The notes beneath the pieces were generated by a model. The model was not told where the DNA came from, made no database searches, and saw only the letters and a list, made by a program, of their open reading frames with translations. The position numbers were made by a program, and so were the translations under genes. Shown one piece after another: positions 30,952 through 39,793 of a stretch of DNA of 64,000 nucleotides (its first letter is position 1; each line of letters opens with the position of its first letter). Source of the stretch: Haloarculaceae archaeon (GTDB lineage Archaea; Halobacteriota; Halobacteria; Halobacteriales; Haloarculaceae); NCBI GenBank assembly GCA_007122455.1, contig SKTU01000009.1, forward strand, positions 2,744 to 66,743, read 5' to 3'.

Positions 30952-31044
30952 GAGTGAGAACGCTCGGCAACATAAATAAAAACTACGGGGTGGCCTCGGT
31001 CCGGCGAGTTATCGTTCGGTCAACGTATCGAATCGAACGTACTG

Positions 31045-31053
31045 TTTTATAAA
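31045..31053 (+). promoter_or_regulatory. TATA box of leaderless glutaredoxin gene
   Basis: TTTTATAAA ending 27 nt before ATG 31080. Confidence 0.6.
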
Positions 31054-31079
31054 TGAGGTCGCCGTTCGTTTAGATCCTC

Positions 31080-31343
31080 ATGCTCGAACTGTACCAATTC
31101 GAGGGATGCCCGCACTGCGTGAAGGTTCGCGAGAAGCTTTCCGATCTCGGCGTATCGTACGTGCTTCACAACCCTCGGCTCGGTAAATCGAACGATCACG
31201 AGATAACCAACCAGCAGACCTACGACGAACTCGTCGAGATGGGCGGCATGGATCAGGTACCGTACCTGGTCGATACCCAACGCGAGACGTCGATGTACGA
31301 GAGCGACGACATCGTCGAATACCTCGAAGAACACTACGAGTGA
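31080..31343 (+). CDS. glutaredoxin / GST-N-like protein
   Basis: LYQFEGCPHC, QVPYLVD and YESDDIVEYL motifs. Confidence 0.9.
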   Translation: MLELYQFEGCPHCVKVREKLSDLGVSYVLHNPRLGKSNDHEITNQQTYDELVEMGGMDQVPYLVDTQRETSMYESDDIVEYLEEHYE

Positions 31344-31461
31344 ATCGTTTCGGGAGGTTCCCTTCGGCCCCACTCGAGATCACAACGACGTGGGACCGTG
31401 ACGCCCATCCGAGCACGTATCGACTCGGCGGCAGTACGGGGAAAACGACAGTCGGACCCGA

Positions 31462-32595
31462 TTACTCGGGATCACCGACCGTAACGGTCCCGACGTCGTT
31501 TACCGCGCTCGGGACCGGTAAATCGTCGCGCGATGTCGGACCGTTCTGAAACGGGATGTCGTGACCGTTCTCGCCCGTGAATTCGAACTCGCCAGTGCCG
31601 GTGACGTCCCGGTGTGGGACGGCGACGAGTTCCTGGGTTTCTTCGAGCCGCTCCTGTCCCTCGAACTCGGGGGAAAACCCCGTTCCGTCAGCGAAGAGGT
31701 TCACCGTCGTGTTCTCGTACTCGCCGGGCGTGAGCAGTTCTGAAACGCCGACGATCGTTCCGGGGCCGTCCTGTTCGGCGATCAGATCCCAGGTGTGGAT
31801 CGTGATGAACCCGTCCCCCTCGAGATACGTTCGATCGACGGTGACGGACGTTCCGTCCGACTCCTGGTCTCCGAATTCGATTTCGGCGTACGGCGTGTCC
31901 GCGAACTCTTTCACGAACCGGTGTAGACCGCGCGAACGTCGGATCTCCCACTCTTCGGCTTTGGCTCCGCTCCGAGTCTCGTCCGACTCGTCTGCGAAGA
32001 ACAGCGTCGCGACGTCGTGAACGGGGGCGAGGTACTCCAGCGGCTTTGGCCCCTCGCGATAGGCACCATCGGTTCCGGGCTCGAAGGGCTCGTCCGACTG
32101 ATTGGTGTGGGGAATCGCGAGAATCGGTTGACTACTGTCGATTCGCGAGGAGATCACGTCGCTCACGTCGGGATCGCCCGGAACCGACGGAGTCGGATAG
32201 AGCGGCACGGGAACGTGGCGGTGGACGCCGGGCTCCATGTCCCCCGTCAAGCCGACGAAGCTGTCCGCGATACGTTCGTCGTTCGATCGGTCGGGATCGA
32301 GCCGTTCGCGAGCGGTGTGTATCGACAGATAGCCACCTTCGGGCAGCACCGCGCGGTCGACCATCACGAACGCGTCGCCGTTTTCGACGTCCTCCGCAGT
32401 GACTTCGTTATCGTAAAGCGACGCGGAGCTCCCTTCCTCCAGCGTCGGCGTTTCGGGAGCCACGGGCCCAGTGTCGTCCTCGTCCTCCGCGAGCGCCGAC
32501 CCAGAGGATGCGCCGCTCAGGAGCAATGCAGCCGCTCCAAGGACGCCTGTTTTGATCGCTGTACGTCTTGGCAAACCGTTATCAGTTTCCAACAT
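31462..32595 (-). CDS. Tat-exported acidic surface protein with two repeated beta domains (DUF7282-like)
   Basis: PRRTAIK Tat signal followed by ALA; two copies of V.VDR..L...G.I.IH..VG...L.PG..AVPH. Confidence 0.7.
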   Translation of the reverse strand: MLETDNGLPRRTAIKTGVLGAAALLLSGASSGSALAEDEDDTGPVAPETPTLEEGSSASLYDNEVTAEDVENGDAFVMVDRAVLPEGGYLSIHTARERLDPDRSNDERIADSFVGLTGDMEPGVHRHVPVPLYPTPSVPGDPDVSDVISSRIDSSQPILAIPHTNQSDEPFEPGTDGAYREGPKPLEYLAPVHDVATLFFADESDETRSGAKAEEWEIRRSRGLHRFVKEFADTPYAEIEFGDQESDGTSVTVDRTYLEGDGFITIHTWDLIAEQDGPGTIVGVSELLTPGEYENTTVNLFADGTGFSPEFEGQERLEETQELVAVPHRDVTGTGEFEFTGENGHDIPFQNGPTSRDDLPVPSAVNDVGTVTVGDPE

Positions 32596-32930
32596 TGTGT
32601 TACTGTTTCATCCGAACCACCGGACTCGTCAGGCCGATTTAGGCTCCAAGCGGAGCCACGGCTACGGCTACGGCCGTTCGTGTAGATCTGGTCGGGCTTC
32701 TCGATCGTGTTTAATGCGATCCTTACTGAATCGGTCACGGCGAGAGTTCTCCCGGTAGAGAGTCGATGCCCGTCGACAGCTTATAAATAATGTTGGTCAT
32801 CAGATAGATTGTCATTCTTCCGTGAGTGTGTCTGACGGTCGATATCAGTCGTCTGAATGGTGTCTATGCATCCATATTTCGGTTAAATTAAAAATTGATA
32901 GGGTGACATTATGTCATCGGTATCGACTTT

Positions 32931-33848
32931 TCACTCGATCACTATCCGAAAGATGCCGACGGGAACTCGGCCGAGGACCGCACCGGAACGTCTCGCCTCG
33001 AAAAAGTAGGTTCCCCTGTCGAAATCTCGGAGGTCGAACGAACCTCTCAGTCGGCCGTCGGACTCGACGGACTCCGTCGTCGTATCGAACGGCATTCCGG
33101 CGGGAAAGTCTGTCAGACGAACGTCGACGTCGATCCCCGCATCGAGACTCGTCTCCGCGGTGAACGACTGATTCCGTCCGCTAACCCGGCGTAATAACCC
33201 GTTTTCCCGCTCGAAGCCATCCTCCAGTTCGAAGCGCACTGCCGGTCCATCCGACGGGTTGCCGACAGAGACGGGTTTACTCACGAGATCCGTTCGCCCG
33301 TCGGAATCGGTTACTCGGAGCGCGATCTCCCGTTCGCCGGACGTCTCGTAGGCGTGTGTTTCGCGACTCTCGTCGGACTCTCGTTCCGGCGTGAATGCCC
33401 CATCGAACTCGAAATCCCAGGCGAACCGCTCGATATCGCCCGTCGATGGCGACGCGTCGACCTCGATTACTTCCTCGAGAGCGGGACATCGCTGGTCCAC
33501 GCGAAACACCGCGAGTGGATCGTCGTTCGGTGGTTTCGGCGCCAGGTCGCTCTCCGGGAGTTCCACCCGAAGCGATTCGATGACGTCCGCGCCGAGTGTC
33601 ACCTCGTGCGGGTTACCGAAATCCAGCAGTACGCCGTCGTTGATTCCCCCCTCCTCGCTCGCGATGAATCGCCGAGCCGAGCGACGGAGTTCGAGGGCTA
33701 GCTCGTGACCGATTCCCGTCACCTCTGCGAGAGTGGACGGTTCGGCGGTCGCGATGTCCCCGATCGTCTCTAGCCCGAGCTCGCGAAGTTCGCTCGCCCG
33801 CGAGGGACCCACACCGTGAATTAGCTCGATCTGTTCGGAATCTCGCAT
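32931..33848 (-). CDS. helix-hairpin-helix + PKD + putative BGTF-like surface-domain protein
   Basis: IHGVGPSRA..VTGIG tandem HhH; DASPS..FAWDF..HAYETSG..LRVTDSDG PKD; C-terminal VRL..PF..DG..FDL. Confidence 0.75.
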   Translation of the reverse strand: MRDSEQIELIHGVGPSRASELRELGLETIGDIATAEPSTLAEVTGIGHELALELRRSARRFIASEEGGINDGVLLDFGNPHEVTLGADVIESLRVELPESDLAPKPPNDDPLAVFRVDQRCPALEEVIEVDASPSTGDIERFAWDFEFDGAFTPERESDESRETHAYETSGEREIALRVTDSDGRTDLVSKPVSVGNPSDGPAVRFELEDGFERENGLLRRVSGRNQSFTAETSLDAGIDVDVRLTDFPAGMPFDTTTESVESDGRLRGSFDLRDFDRGTYFFEARRSGAVLGRVPVGIFRIVIE

Positions 33849-34123
33849 GAAATACTAGTGGCCTAATTCAGTATAGCTCTTTCTCGAATACTACGAAATC
33901 GAACCAATCACTGCGTGAATAGCTCGAAAATTGGTTCATTACTGGTTCAACGATATCGGCCACGTTCCGGTATTGTTGACCTAATTACAGAGCTTTGTTA
34001 TTTCGATCGGCTCTCGGTCGTTTGCTATCGCGGTCATCTACCGATCTCCTCGGTGGGCCTCGAAATCCGAAGGCGAACGTCGTACACCACCACAGTTTAT
34101 TCGCTCGCCCACCGAGCGGCCGC

Positions 34124-34576
34124 ATGAAATTCTTCGAGGACATCGAGGTCGGCGTACCGAAAGAACTCGGCAGCCACACCGTGACGGAGGAGCAGATCAT
34201 CACGTTCGCTAGCGAGTACGACCCGCTCCCGTTTCACACCGATCCCGACGCCGCAGCCGAGACGATCCACGGCGAGTTAATCGCGAGTGGATACCACACG
34301 CTCTGTCTCGCCAACCGGGTCGTCGTCGAGGAGTTCAGAGCGAAGATCGCCGCTGTCGTCGGGTTCGGCATCGACGAACTCACGTGGCACGCCCCTGTGA
34401 GACCGGGCGACGAACTCGTCGTCGTTTCGGAGATCACGGCCAAACGACCTTCCGAGAGCCGCCCCGGACTCGGTATCATCGAGAACGAGGTTACCGTCAC
34501 CCGCGACGGCGACCCCGTGCTGAGCTACCGTACCGACGGCATGGTCGAGCGGGAGGGCGGCGGACGCCTCGATTGA
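34124..34576 (+). CDS. MaoC-family dehydratase
   Basis: FFEDIEVG, YDPLPFHTD, IASGYHT and PVRPGD motifs. Confidence 0.9.
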   Translation: MKFFEDIEVGVPKELGSHTVTEEQIITFASEYDPLPFHTDPDAAAETIHGELIASGYHTLCLANRVVVEEFRAKIAAVVGFGIDELTWHAPVRPGDELVVVSEITAKRPSESRPGLGIIENEVTVTRDGDPVLSYRTDGMVEREGGGRLD

Positions 34577-34719
34577 GGGCGTGGCACTATCGACGAGGAT
34601 TTCGTCACGAAAACGACGCTTCGAGAGTCTCAGGCACCGACAATCGCCAACCGTGATCGGATCATCCCTTAATAGCTGGTTGTATCAAGGAACACGCTTT
34701 TAGGCGTCTGTGGTGCGTT

Positions 34720-34850
34720 CACGTACGCCTCGGGGCGTACCAGCCTGAGTCTTCCAACATGCCATCTCGGCCGGGATTTCTCGAGGCTCCCCGGCCGGGG
34801 AGGCTCAGCACGCGATTTCGCCCCCGGGGCGATCCGCATACTGAGCGTTC
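34720..34850. ncRNA. candidate structured non-coding RNA (family not recognised)
   Basis: Three adjacent strong hairpins in an intergenic gap; TATA-like CTTTTAG at about 34697-34703 on + strand. Confidence 0.45.
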
Positions 34851-34929
34851 GCGACGCCGATCCCACGTATCAGTACGCACGTCAGAGATACTTCTGCGGG
34901 TCGATATCGTATGAGCGTTCGTTGAAACG

Positions 34930-35151
34930 TCAGCGTTCGTCGGCGATCGTTTCGACTGCCAGGACGAGCCGATACAGGAGATACACCACGAACGCGGAGA
35001 GACCAGCCCCGAGGATGCCGAGCCACACAATTATCGGTGTGAGGGCGCTCTGCATGACGACGATGCCGTAGGCGAGACTGCCGGCGAAAAGTGCAACGAC
35101 TACCCCAGCGATCCACATCGGGAGTTCGACCCGTGATTCAGTGAGTCCCAT
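34930..35151 (-). CDS. small 2-TM membrane protein
   Basis: 73 aa; C-terminal YRLVLAVETIADE; TTTTATAA 22-29 nt upstream. Confidence 0.75.
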   Translation of the reverse strand: MGLTESRVELPMWIAGVVVALFAGSLAYGIVVMQSALTPIIVWLGILGAGLSAFVVYLLYRLVLAVETIADER

Positions 35152-35249
35152 ACGACTACGTTGAACGGACAGTTATAAAACCGTCCTCCAAAGGTACCGA
35201 ACGGTTCTGGCTCGCGTTCGGCAGGACGGACTCCTAGAACCAACCGATC

Positions 35250-35534
35250 TCACGCATCGTCGTCTGACGGACGCTCCGAGAGTCGCTCGAACCGCTCACG
35301 AAGCTCTTTACGGTGCCGTTCCGTCTCCTCGGGTTCGGGTTCGATCGCGATCACGTCGCCCGACTCGATCCGGATTTCGACGAGTTCACCTTCAGACATC
35401 GTCTCATCGGTCATCGCAGTCACCTCCGCCATTGGCAGATCCAGCTGCACCCCCTCGTTCTCGACGAGCAGAACAACGGTTCCCTCGACGATCCGGTCCA
35501 CCGTTGCCCGGTAACTGCCATCCGAGAGCGTCAT
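35250..35534 (-). CDS. DUF3006-family protein
   Basis: YRATVDRIV..VLLVE and ETERHR..RFERL; ATGA-coupled to the MBL gene. Confidence 0.85.
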   Translation of the reverse strand: MTLSDGSYRATVDRIVEGTVVLLVENEGVQLDLPMAEVTAMTDETMSEGELVEIRIESGDVIAIEPEPEETERHRKELRERFERLSERPSDDDA

Positions 35535-36634
35535 ACTGGTATCACCTCCGCGAGTGGCTCAGTTCGAAGGAGAACCGCGATCCGTTCTGCGTGCGTCTCA
35601 CCGCGTGGATCGATCCACGGATCGACGTCGCTTTTCGGTTCATCCCGAAGCGCGAGTGGCTCCGTCGTCGCCTCGGTCTGGACGAATGCAGTCCACGCCT
35701 CTCCATCAGATTCGAACAGCACCGATCCGTGGACGCCGGTCCAGTAGGTCGCGATACCCCGTTCGTCGAAAGCATCGAGAACCTCCTCGTGTGGATGACC
35801 GTACTGAGAGTCGTAACCCGAGGAGATGATCGCCATCTCGGGGGCGACGACATCGAGGAACAGTTCACTCGACGACGTGCTCGATCCGTGGTGGCCGGCG
35901 TGATAGAGATCGGCTGCGAGCGTCGCGCCGTGTTCTGCAATCATTCTAGCTTCTGCATCGGCTTCAGCGTCGCCAGTGAACAGCGCCGTCGTCTCACCGT
36001 AGGTGACGTGAATCGCGACGCTGTTGTAGTGGAGATCGATCGGGTCGTCGCTGTCGGCAGCTGGATTGACGACCGTCGCAGTCAATCCCTCCGCGTGGAA
36101 GGGGATTTCGTCGCCTTCCCACGTTTCATACAGCGTCACGTCGTGATCCTCGATCGCATCGAGATAGCGCTCGTAGGTCTGGCTGGTGTGCGGCACTCCG
36201 GAGTCCCACGCGGCACCGATGCCGTCCCGATTGGTTTCGAACTCCTCTATGATGACGTCGTGGCCGCCGATGTGGTCGGCGTGGCCGTGTGTCGCAACGA
36301 GGTGGTCGATCCGAGTGATCTCCTGCGCGTTGAGATACGCGAGGACCGTCTTTCCGCTGTCGCGCCAGTCGCCGGAGTCGATGAGCATCGTCTCACCAGT
36401 CGGAGCGACGATGAGCGTCGCGTCGGCCTGACCGACGTTGATCGCATGAACCTCGAGTACGCCGTCAGTGGTCGGAGGCTCAGGGGTTGGTGGTGGCGTC
36501 GAGGTCGGCGTCTCCGTTGTTGGTTCGACGGTCGGAGTCGACGTCTCCGTAGCGGTTTGATCGCTGACACTGACACAGCCGGTCAACGAAAGCACGACGA
36601 CCACGAAGACGATCACCAACAGGTGGCGATTCAT
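35531..36634 (-). CDS. ComEC/Rec2-like MBL-fold metallohydrolase lipoprotein
   Basis: LTGC lipobox, Thr/Pro linker; NVGQAD, THGHADHIGG, GDAE, GHHGS and YGHP motifs. Confidence 0.9.
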   Translation of the reverse strand: MNRHLLVIVFVVVVLSLTGCVSVSDQTATETSTPTVEPTTETPTSTPPPTPEPPTTDGVLEVHAINVGQADATLIVAPTGETMLIDSGDWRDSGKTVLAYLNAQEITRIDHLVATHGHADHIGGHDVIIEEFETNRDGIGAAWDSGVPHTSQTYERYLDAIEDHDVTLYETWEGDEIPFHAEGLTATVVNPAADSDDPIDLHYNSVAIHVTYGETTALFTGDAEADAEARMIAEHGATLAADLYHAGHHGSSTSSSELFLDVVAPEMAIISSGYDSQYGHPHEEVLDAFDERGIATYWTGVHGSVLFESDGEAWTAFVQTEATTEPLALRDEPKSDVDPWIDPRGETHAERIAVLLRTEPLAEVIPV

Positions 36635-36938
36635 GCGCTCACCGTCGAGACGCTGGTACGTCCGGATGTGGTCGGCGGGATGGTTCGTTCAGCCTTCAGA
36701 TTCACGGATACGATCCGTTATACGTTATTCAACATCCGTAATCAATACTCCTCTCGAATCGCCCCCGCAGTGAGGGCACGTTCGCTCGTCGCGTTCGGCT
36801 TCTTCGACGAAGTCCTGGTCCCCAGTATTTAAGTATCTACTACGTGAGGCCGTGACAAGTGGGGTCCGCGGGGGCGTGTGCGACGTTCTGCTGTCATACG
36901 AGGAGACCATTGCTCTATTCGAGCGGTAATAAACGGAG

Positions 36939-37535
36939 TTACGAGCGGAGTGATGATTCGCCTACTCCGAGTGCATCGGTGTACATATCGGTATTCTGGA
37001 GTTCACTGAACGGGATCAGTGGTGATGGAGGTGTTGGAAGGGATTGAAGAGCTAATTCCCAATGTCCAACATCGCGCCACTTCCCGTTCTTGTATCCGAC
37101 GTTGCGGTATACACCGACTTTTTCGAACCCATGTGATTCGTGAAATGCGATGCTCGGAGGGTTCGGCAACGCGATTACAGCATACGCATTGCGCAGTCCC
37201 TGCAGGTCCAAGAGCGCGAAGAGCGATTCATAGAGAGCGTTCGCAATCCCCTTCCGTCGCCACGATTCGCTCACATACACAGAGACATCGACTGCCCATT
37301 GGTATGCTGGGCGCTCTTTATGTGGGCTCGCATACGCGTATCCCGTTATTTGGCCGTCGTACTCGCAAACCAACCACGGAAGCCGTTCAGCAGTGGTCCG
37401 GATGCGTCGAGCCATCTCTCCGGTAGTCGGCGGATGGGTTTCAAACGAGATGTGTGTCTGTTCGACAACGGGCGTATAAATTGCTGTAACAGCCTCTGCA
37501 TCCCCCTCCGTTGCCGGTCGAATTGTTGGTTCCAT
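36939..37535 (-). CDS. phosphinothricin/arsinothricin-type GNAT N-acetyltransferase
   Basis: ISFE, GYAYA..RPAYQW, NPPSIAFHE..GF and GYKNGKWRDVG; visibly lower GC than flanks. Confidence 0.88.
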   Translation of the reverse strand: MEPTIRPATEGDAEAVTAIYTPVVEQTHISFETHPPTTGEMARRIRTTAERLPWLVCEYDGQITGYAYASPHKERPAYQWAVDVSVYVSESWRRKGIANALYESLFALLDLQGLRNAYAVIALPNPPSIAFHESHGFEKVGVYRNVGYKNGKWRDVGHWELALQSLPTPPSPLIPFSELQNTDMYTDALGVGESSLRS

Positions 37536-37836
37536 CTGAGGGAGTAAGGAATCGCGCATCAAAAAATACCGCTTGCCGAGTCGATGCAGAGCTGGCGTAT
37601 ATTCCACCCCATACTCCTTGTATGATCCAGTGTTCGTCCGAACAAGAACCAGTATGCACGTTCGTTCTCACGGCCGATTCAGCGATAGAGACGCGAAAGC
37701 AGTATCTTGTGAATCGTTCTATGACACCTTCGATCAAATCGAAGCCCCAGCCACCAGTACGACTGACTGAAGAGAACGATCCGGTTACGTCGGAATCAAT
37801 CCTCACACCACGCAGAGCTGAGACGAACCGTAGAGG

Positions 37837-37910
37837 AGCCAGGGGAGGGATTTGAACCCTCGAACTCCCGATTACAAGTCGGGTGCTTGAACCACCCAAG
37901 CTCCCCTGGC
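37837..37910 (-). tRNA. tRNA-Thr(TGT)
   Basis: Reverse complement GCCAGGG...CCCGA-CTTGTAA-TCGGG...GGTTCAAATCC...CCCTGGCT. Confidence 0.96.
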
Positions 37911-37921
37911 GCAGTTACGGA

Positions 37922-38413
37922 TTATTCGTCGTCCGTTGTGAGGTTATCGCTTCCGGTCGACTTTTCGAACTCGATCCGGTGCGGTTCGTATCCGTGTCGG
38001 CGGTAGAATCGTCGTGCAGCCTCGTTCGGTGCCATCACCTGCAGCGCGATGGCCTCTGCGCCGCGTTCGCGGAGTGCGCGCTCCGCGGCGGCCAACAGCT
38101 TCGAACCGATACCGCGGTTCCGGTACGCTGATCTGACGTAGAGGTTGTGAACGAAACCGCGGGTCACGTCCTGCGCGTAGCCTTCCGAGTCCTCGCCAAA
38201 CGTGACGAAACCGACGATACTGCCGTCAGCACGTGCGACACGACACGCACCGGTCAACAGCTGCTGGAGGACCGTCTCCCGAGCGTTCTGTTCGTTCTCC
38301 TCCGCCAGTAGATGCGTGCCGAATGCCTGTTGGCTCCGCGCGAGTTCGACCCACAGATCTGTGAGTTCCTCGACGTCGTCCCGCTCCGGTGGTTCGATGA
38401 CGATCTCGCTCAC
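37922..38413 (-). CDS. GNAT-family N-acetyltransferase
   Basis: LYVRSAYRNRGIGSKLL and NEAARRFYRRHGY; GTG start overlaps the pgk stop. Confidence 0.88.
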   Translation of the reverse strand: MSEIVIEPPERDDVEELTDLWVELARSQQAFGTHLLAEENEQNARETVLQQLLTGACRVARADGSIVGFVTFGEDSEGYAQDVTRGFVHNLYVRSAYRNRGIGSKLLAAAERALRERGAEAIALQVMAPNEAARRFYRRHGYEPHRIEFEKSTGSDNLTTDDE

Positions 38414-39600
38414 GCGTCTTCGAGCACTTCCACGGCCGGGAGCGGCTCGCCGGTCAACATCCGGAGCGCCGCTCCGCCGCCGGTCGAGACGTGGTCGAAC
38501 CCCTCGACGCCGAGCTGTCGGAGTGCGGCCGCGGTATCGCCGCCACCGACGATGCTCCACTCGGCGCGGGTGGCCGCCAGATACAGCTCCCGCGTTCCGG
38601 TCTCGAAGCGGTCGTCCTCGAAGACGCCGGCCGGTCCGTTGAGGATCGCCGTGCCGGCGTCTTCGAGGATGTCGGCGTACGCCGCGACCGTCCGTGCGCC
38701 GATGTCCATCGCGGGCGTTTCGGCGGGGAGTTCGTCGAGTCCGAGTTCGACGCGTTCACCGCCCCGTTCGATCGCGACGTCCCGCGGCGTGTAGATCCGG
38801 TGGCTGTAGTCGTCGAGTAGATCCCCCGCCTCCCGGACGGCTTCGTGGCTCCGCTCGTTGACGACGGCGGCGGACGCTGCTCCGAGCGCGACCCCGTCGG
38901 CGAGGAGAAACGCGTTGCCGACGACGCCAGCCGTGAGGACCGCGTCGGCGAGTCCCCGCTCTAGCACCGATCGCGCGACGTCGATCGCGTCCTCGACCTT
39001 CGCCCCGCCGAGGACGTACACTCTCGGCACCGGCGTCGACTCGATGGTACCGAGCACGTCGAGTTCCCGCTCCATCACGCGGCCGGCGTAGGCGGGCAAC
39101 CGCTGGGGAAAGCCGACGAGCGAGGGCTGGCTTCTGTGAGCCGCGGCGAAGGCGTCGTTGACGTAGGCGTCGAGTACCGGGGCGAGCTTCGAGACGAGAA
39201 ACGTGTCGGCCGCCTCCTCGGGGGGAAACGACATGTATTCCTCCGAGTAGAAGCGGGTGTTCTCCAGGAGAACAGCCTCGCCGGAATCGAGCGCGCGAAC
39301 CGCGTCGCGAGCCTCGGCGGAGAACGTCGCCTCGCAGTAGCTGACCGACGCATCGAGCAGCTCGTCGAGCCGGTCGGCGTGGGACTGCAGCGTTTCGAAG
39401 TCGTCGCCACCGGGTCGACCCTGGTGAGCGAGGATCGCGACGCGTCCGCCGCGATCAGTCAACTCCGAGAGCGTCCCGACGTGGGCCCGGATTCTGGCGT
39501 CGTCGGCGAGCCCTCCGCCATCCGAGAGCGGGCTGTTGACGTCGACGCGAATCCCGATGGCGGCCCCCTCGACATCGAGATCGTCGAGCGTGCGTACCAT
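38410..39600 (-). CDS. pgk: phosphoglycerate kinase
   Basis: RVDVNSP, HQGRPG, LLENTRF, NDAFAAAHRS, GGAKV, NGPAGVFE and HVSTGGGA motifs. Confidence 0.97.
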   Translation of the reverse strand: MVRTLDDLDVEGAAIGIRVDVNSPLSDGGGLADDARIRAHVGTLSELTDRGGRVAILAHQGRPGGDDFETLQSHADRLDELLDASVSYCEATFSAEARDAVRALDSGEAVLLENTRFYSEEYMSFPPEEAADTFLVSKLAPVLDAYVNDAFAAAHRSQPSLVGFPQRLPAYAGRVMERELDVLGTIESTPVPRVYVLGGAKVEDAIDVARSVLERGLADAVLTAGVVGNAFLLADGVALGAASAAVVNERSHEAVREAGDLLDDYSHRIYTPRDVAIERGGERVELGLDELPAETPAMDIGARTVAAYADILEDAGTAILNGPAGVFEDDRFETGTRELYLAATRAEWSIVGGGDTAAALRQLGVEGFDHVSTGGGAALRMLTGEPLPAVEVLEDA

Positions 39601-39793
39601 GTACGCCCGTGCCGCCGGCCGCAGCAAAGGCCTTTCCGTTCGATCGGTGGACGGATAGCGCCGGTGAATCGATTGGCTTTGGACGACTCGGGGGATTCTC
39701 TCGTAACCGTATTTATATCTACGCCACGATGTGAAAGTGGACTCGTTCGTGCGACGTCCACACTTATCAGTGGAACGGCCCAACTAGCCGGCT

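Noticed and set aside
31351-31371. Weak resemblance to the tRNA-Lys 3' end (cgggaggttc..ccttcggccc) as a possible att site
   Set aside because: Gapped, short GC-rich match lacking the T-loop; consistent with chance.
34759-34914. 51-aa ORF across the structured region (and the minus-strand peptide MLEDSGWYAPRRT)
   Set aside because: Arg/Pro-rich and not acidic, or too short to support; RNA structure explains the region better.
39738-39775. Inverted repeats (GTGGAC/GTCCAC; TCCAC-N8-GTGGA) between pgk and the SDR gene
   Set aside because: Short, overlapping and not a match to the TrmB TACT-N7/8-GAGTA box; not distinguishable from chance.
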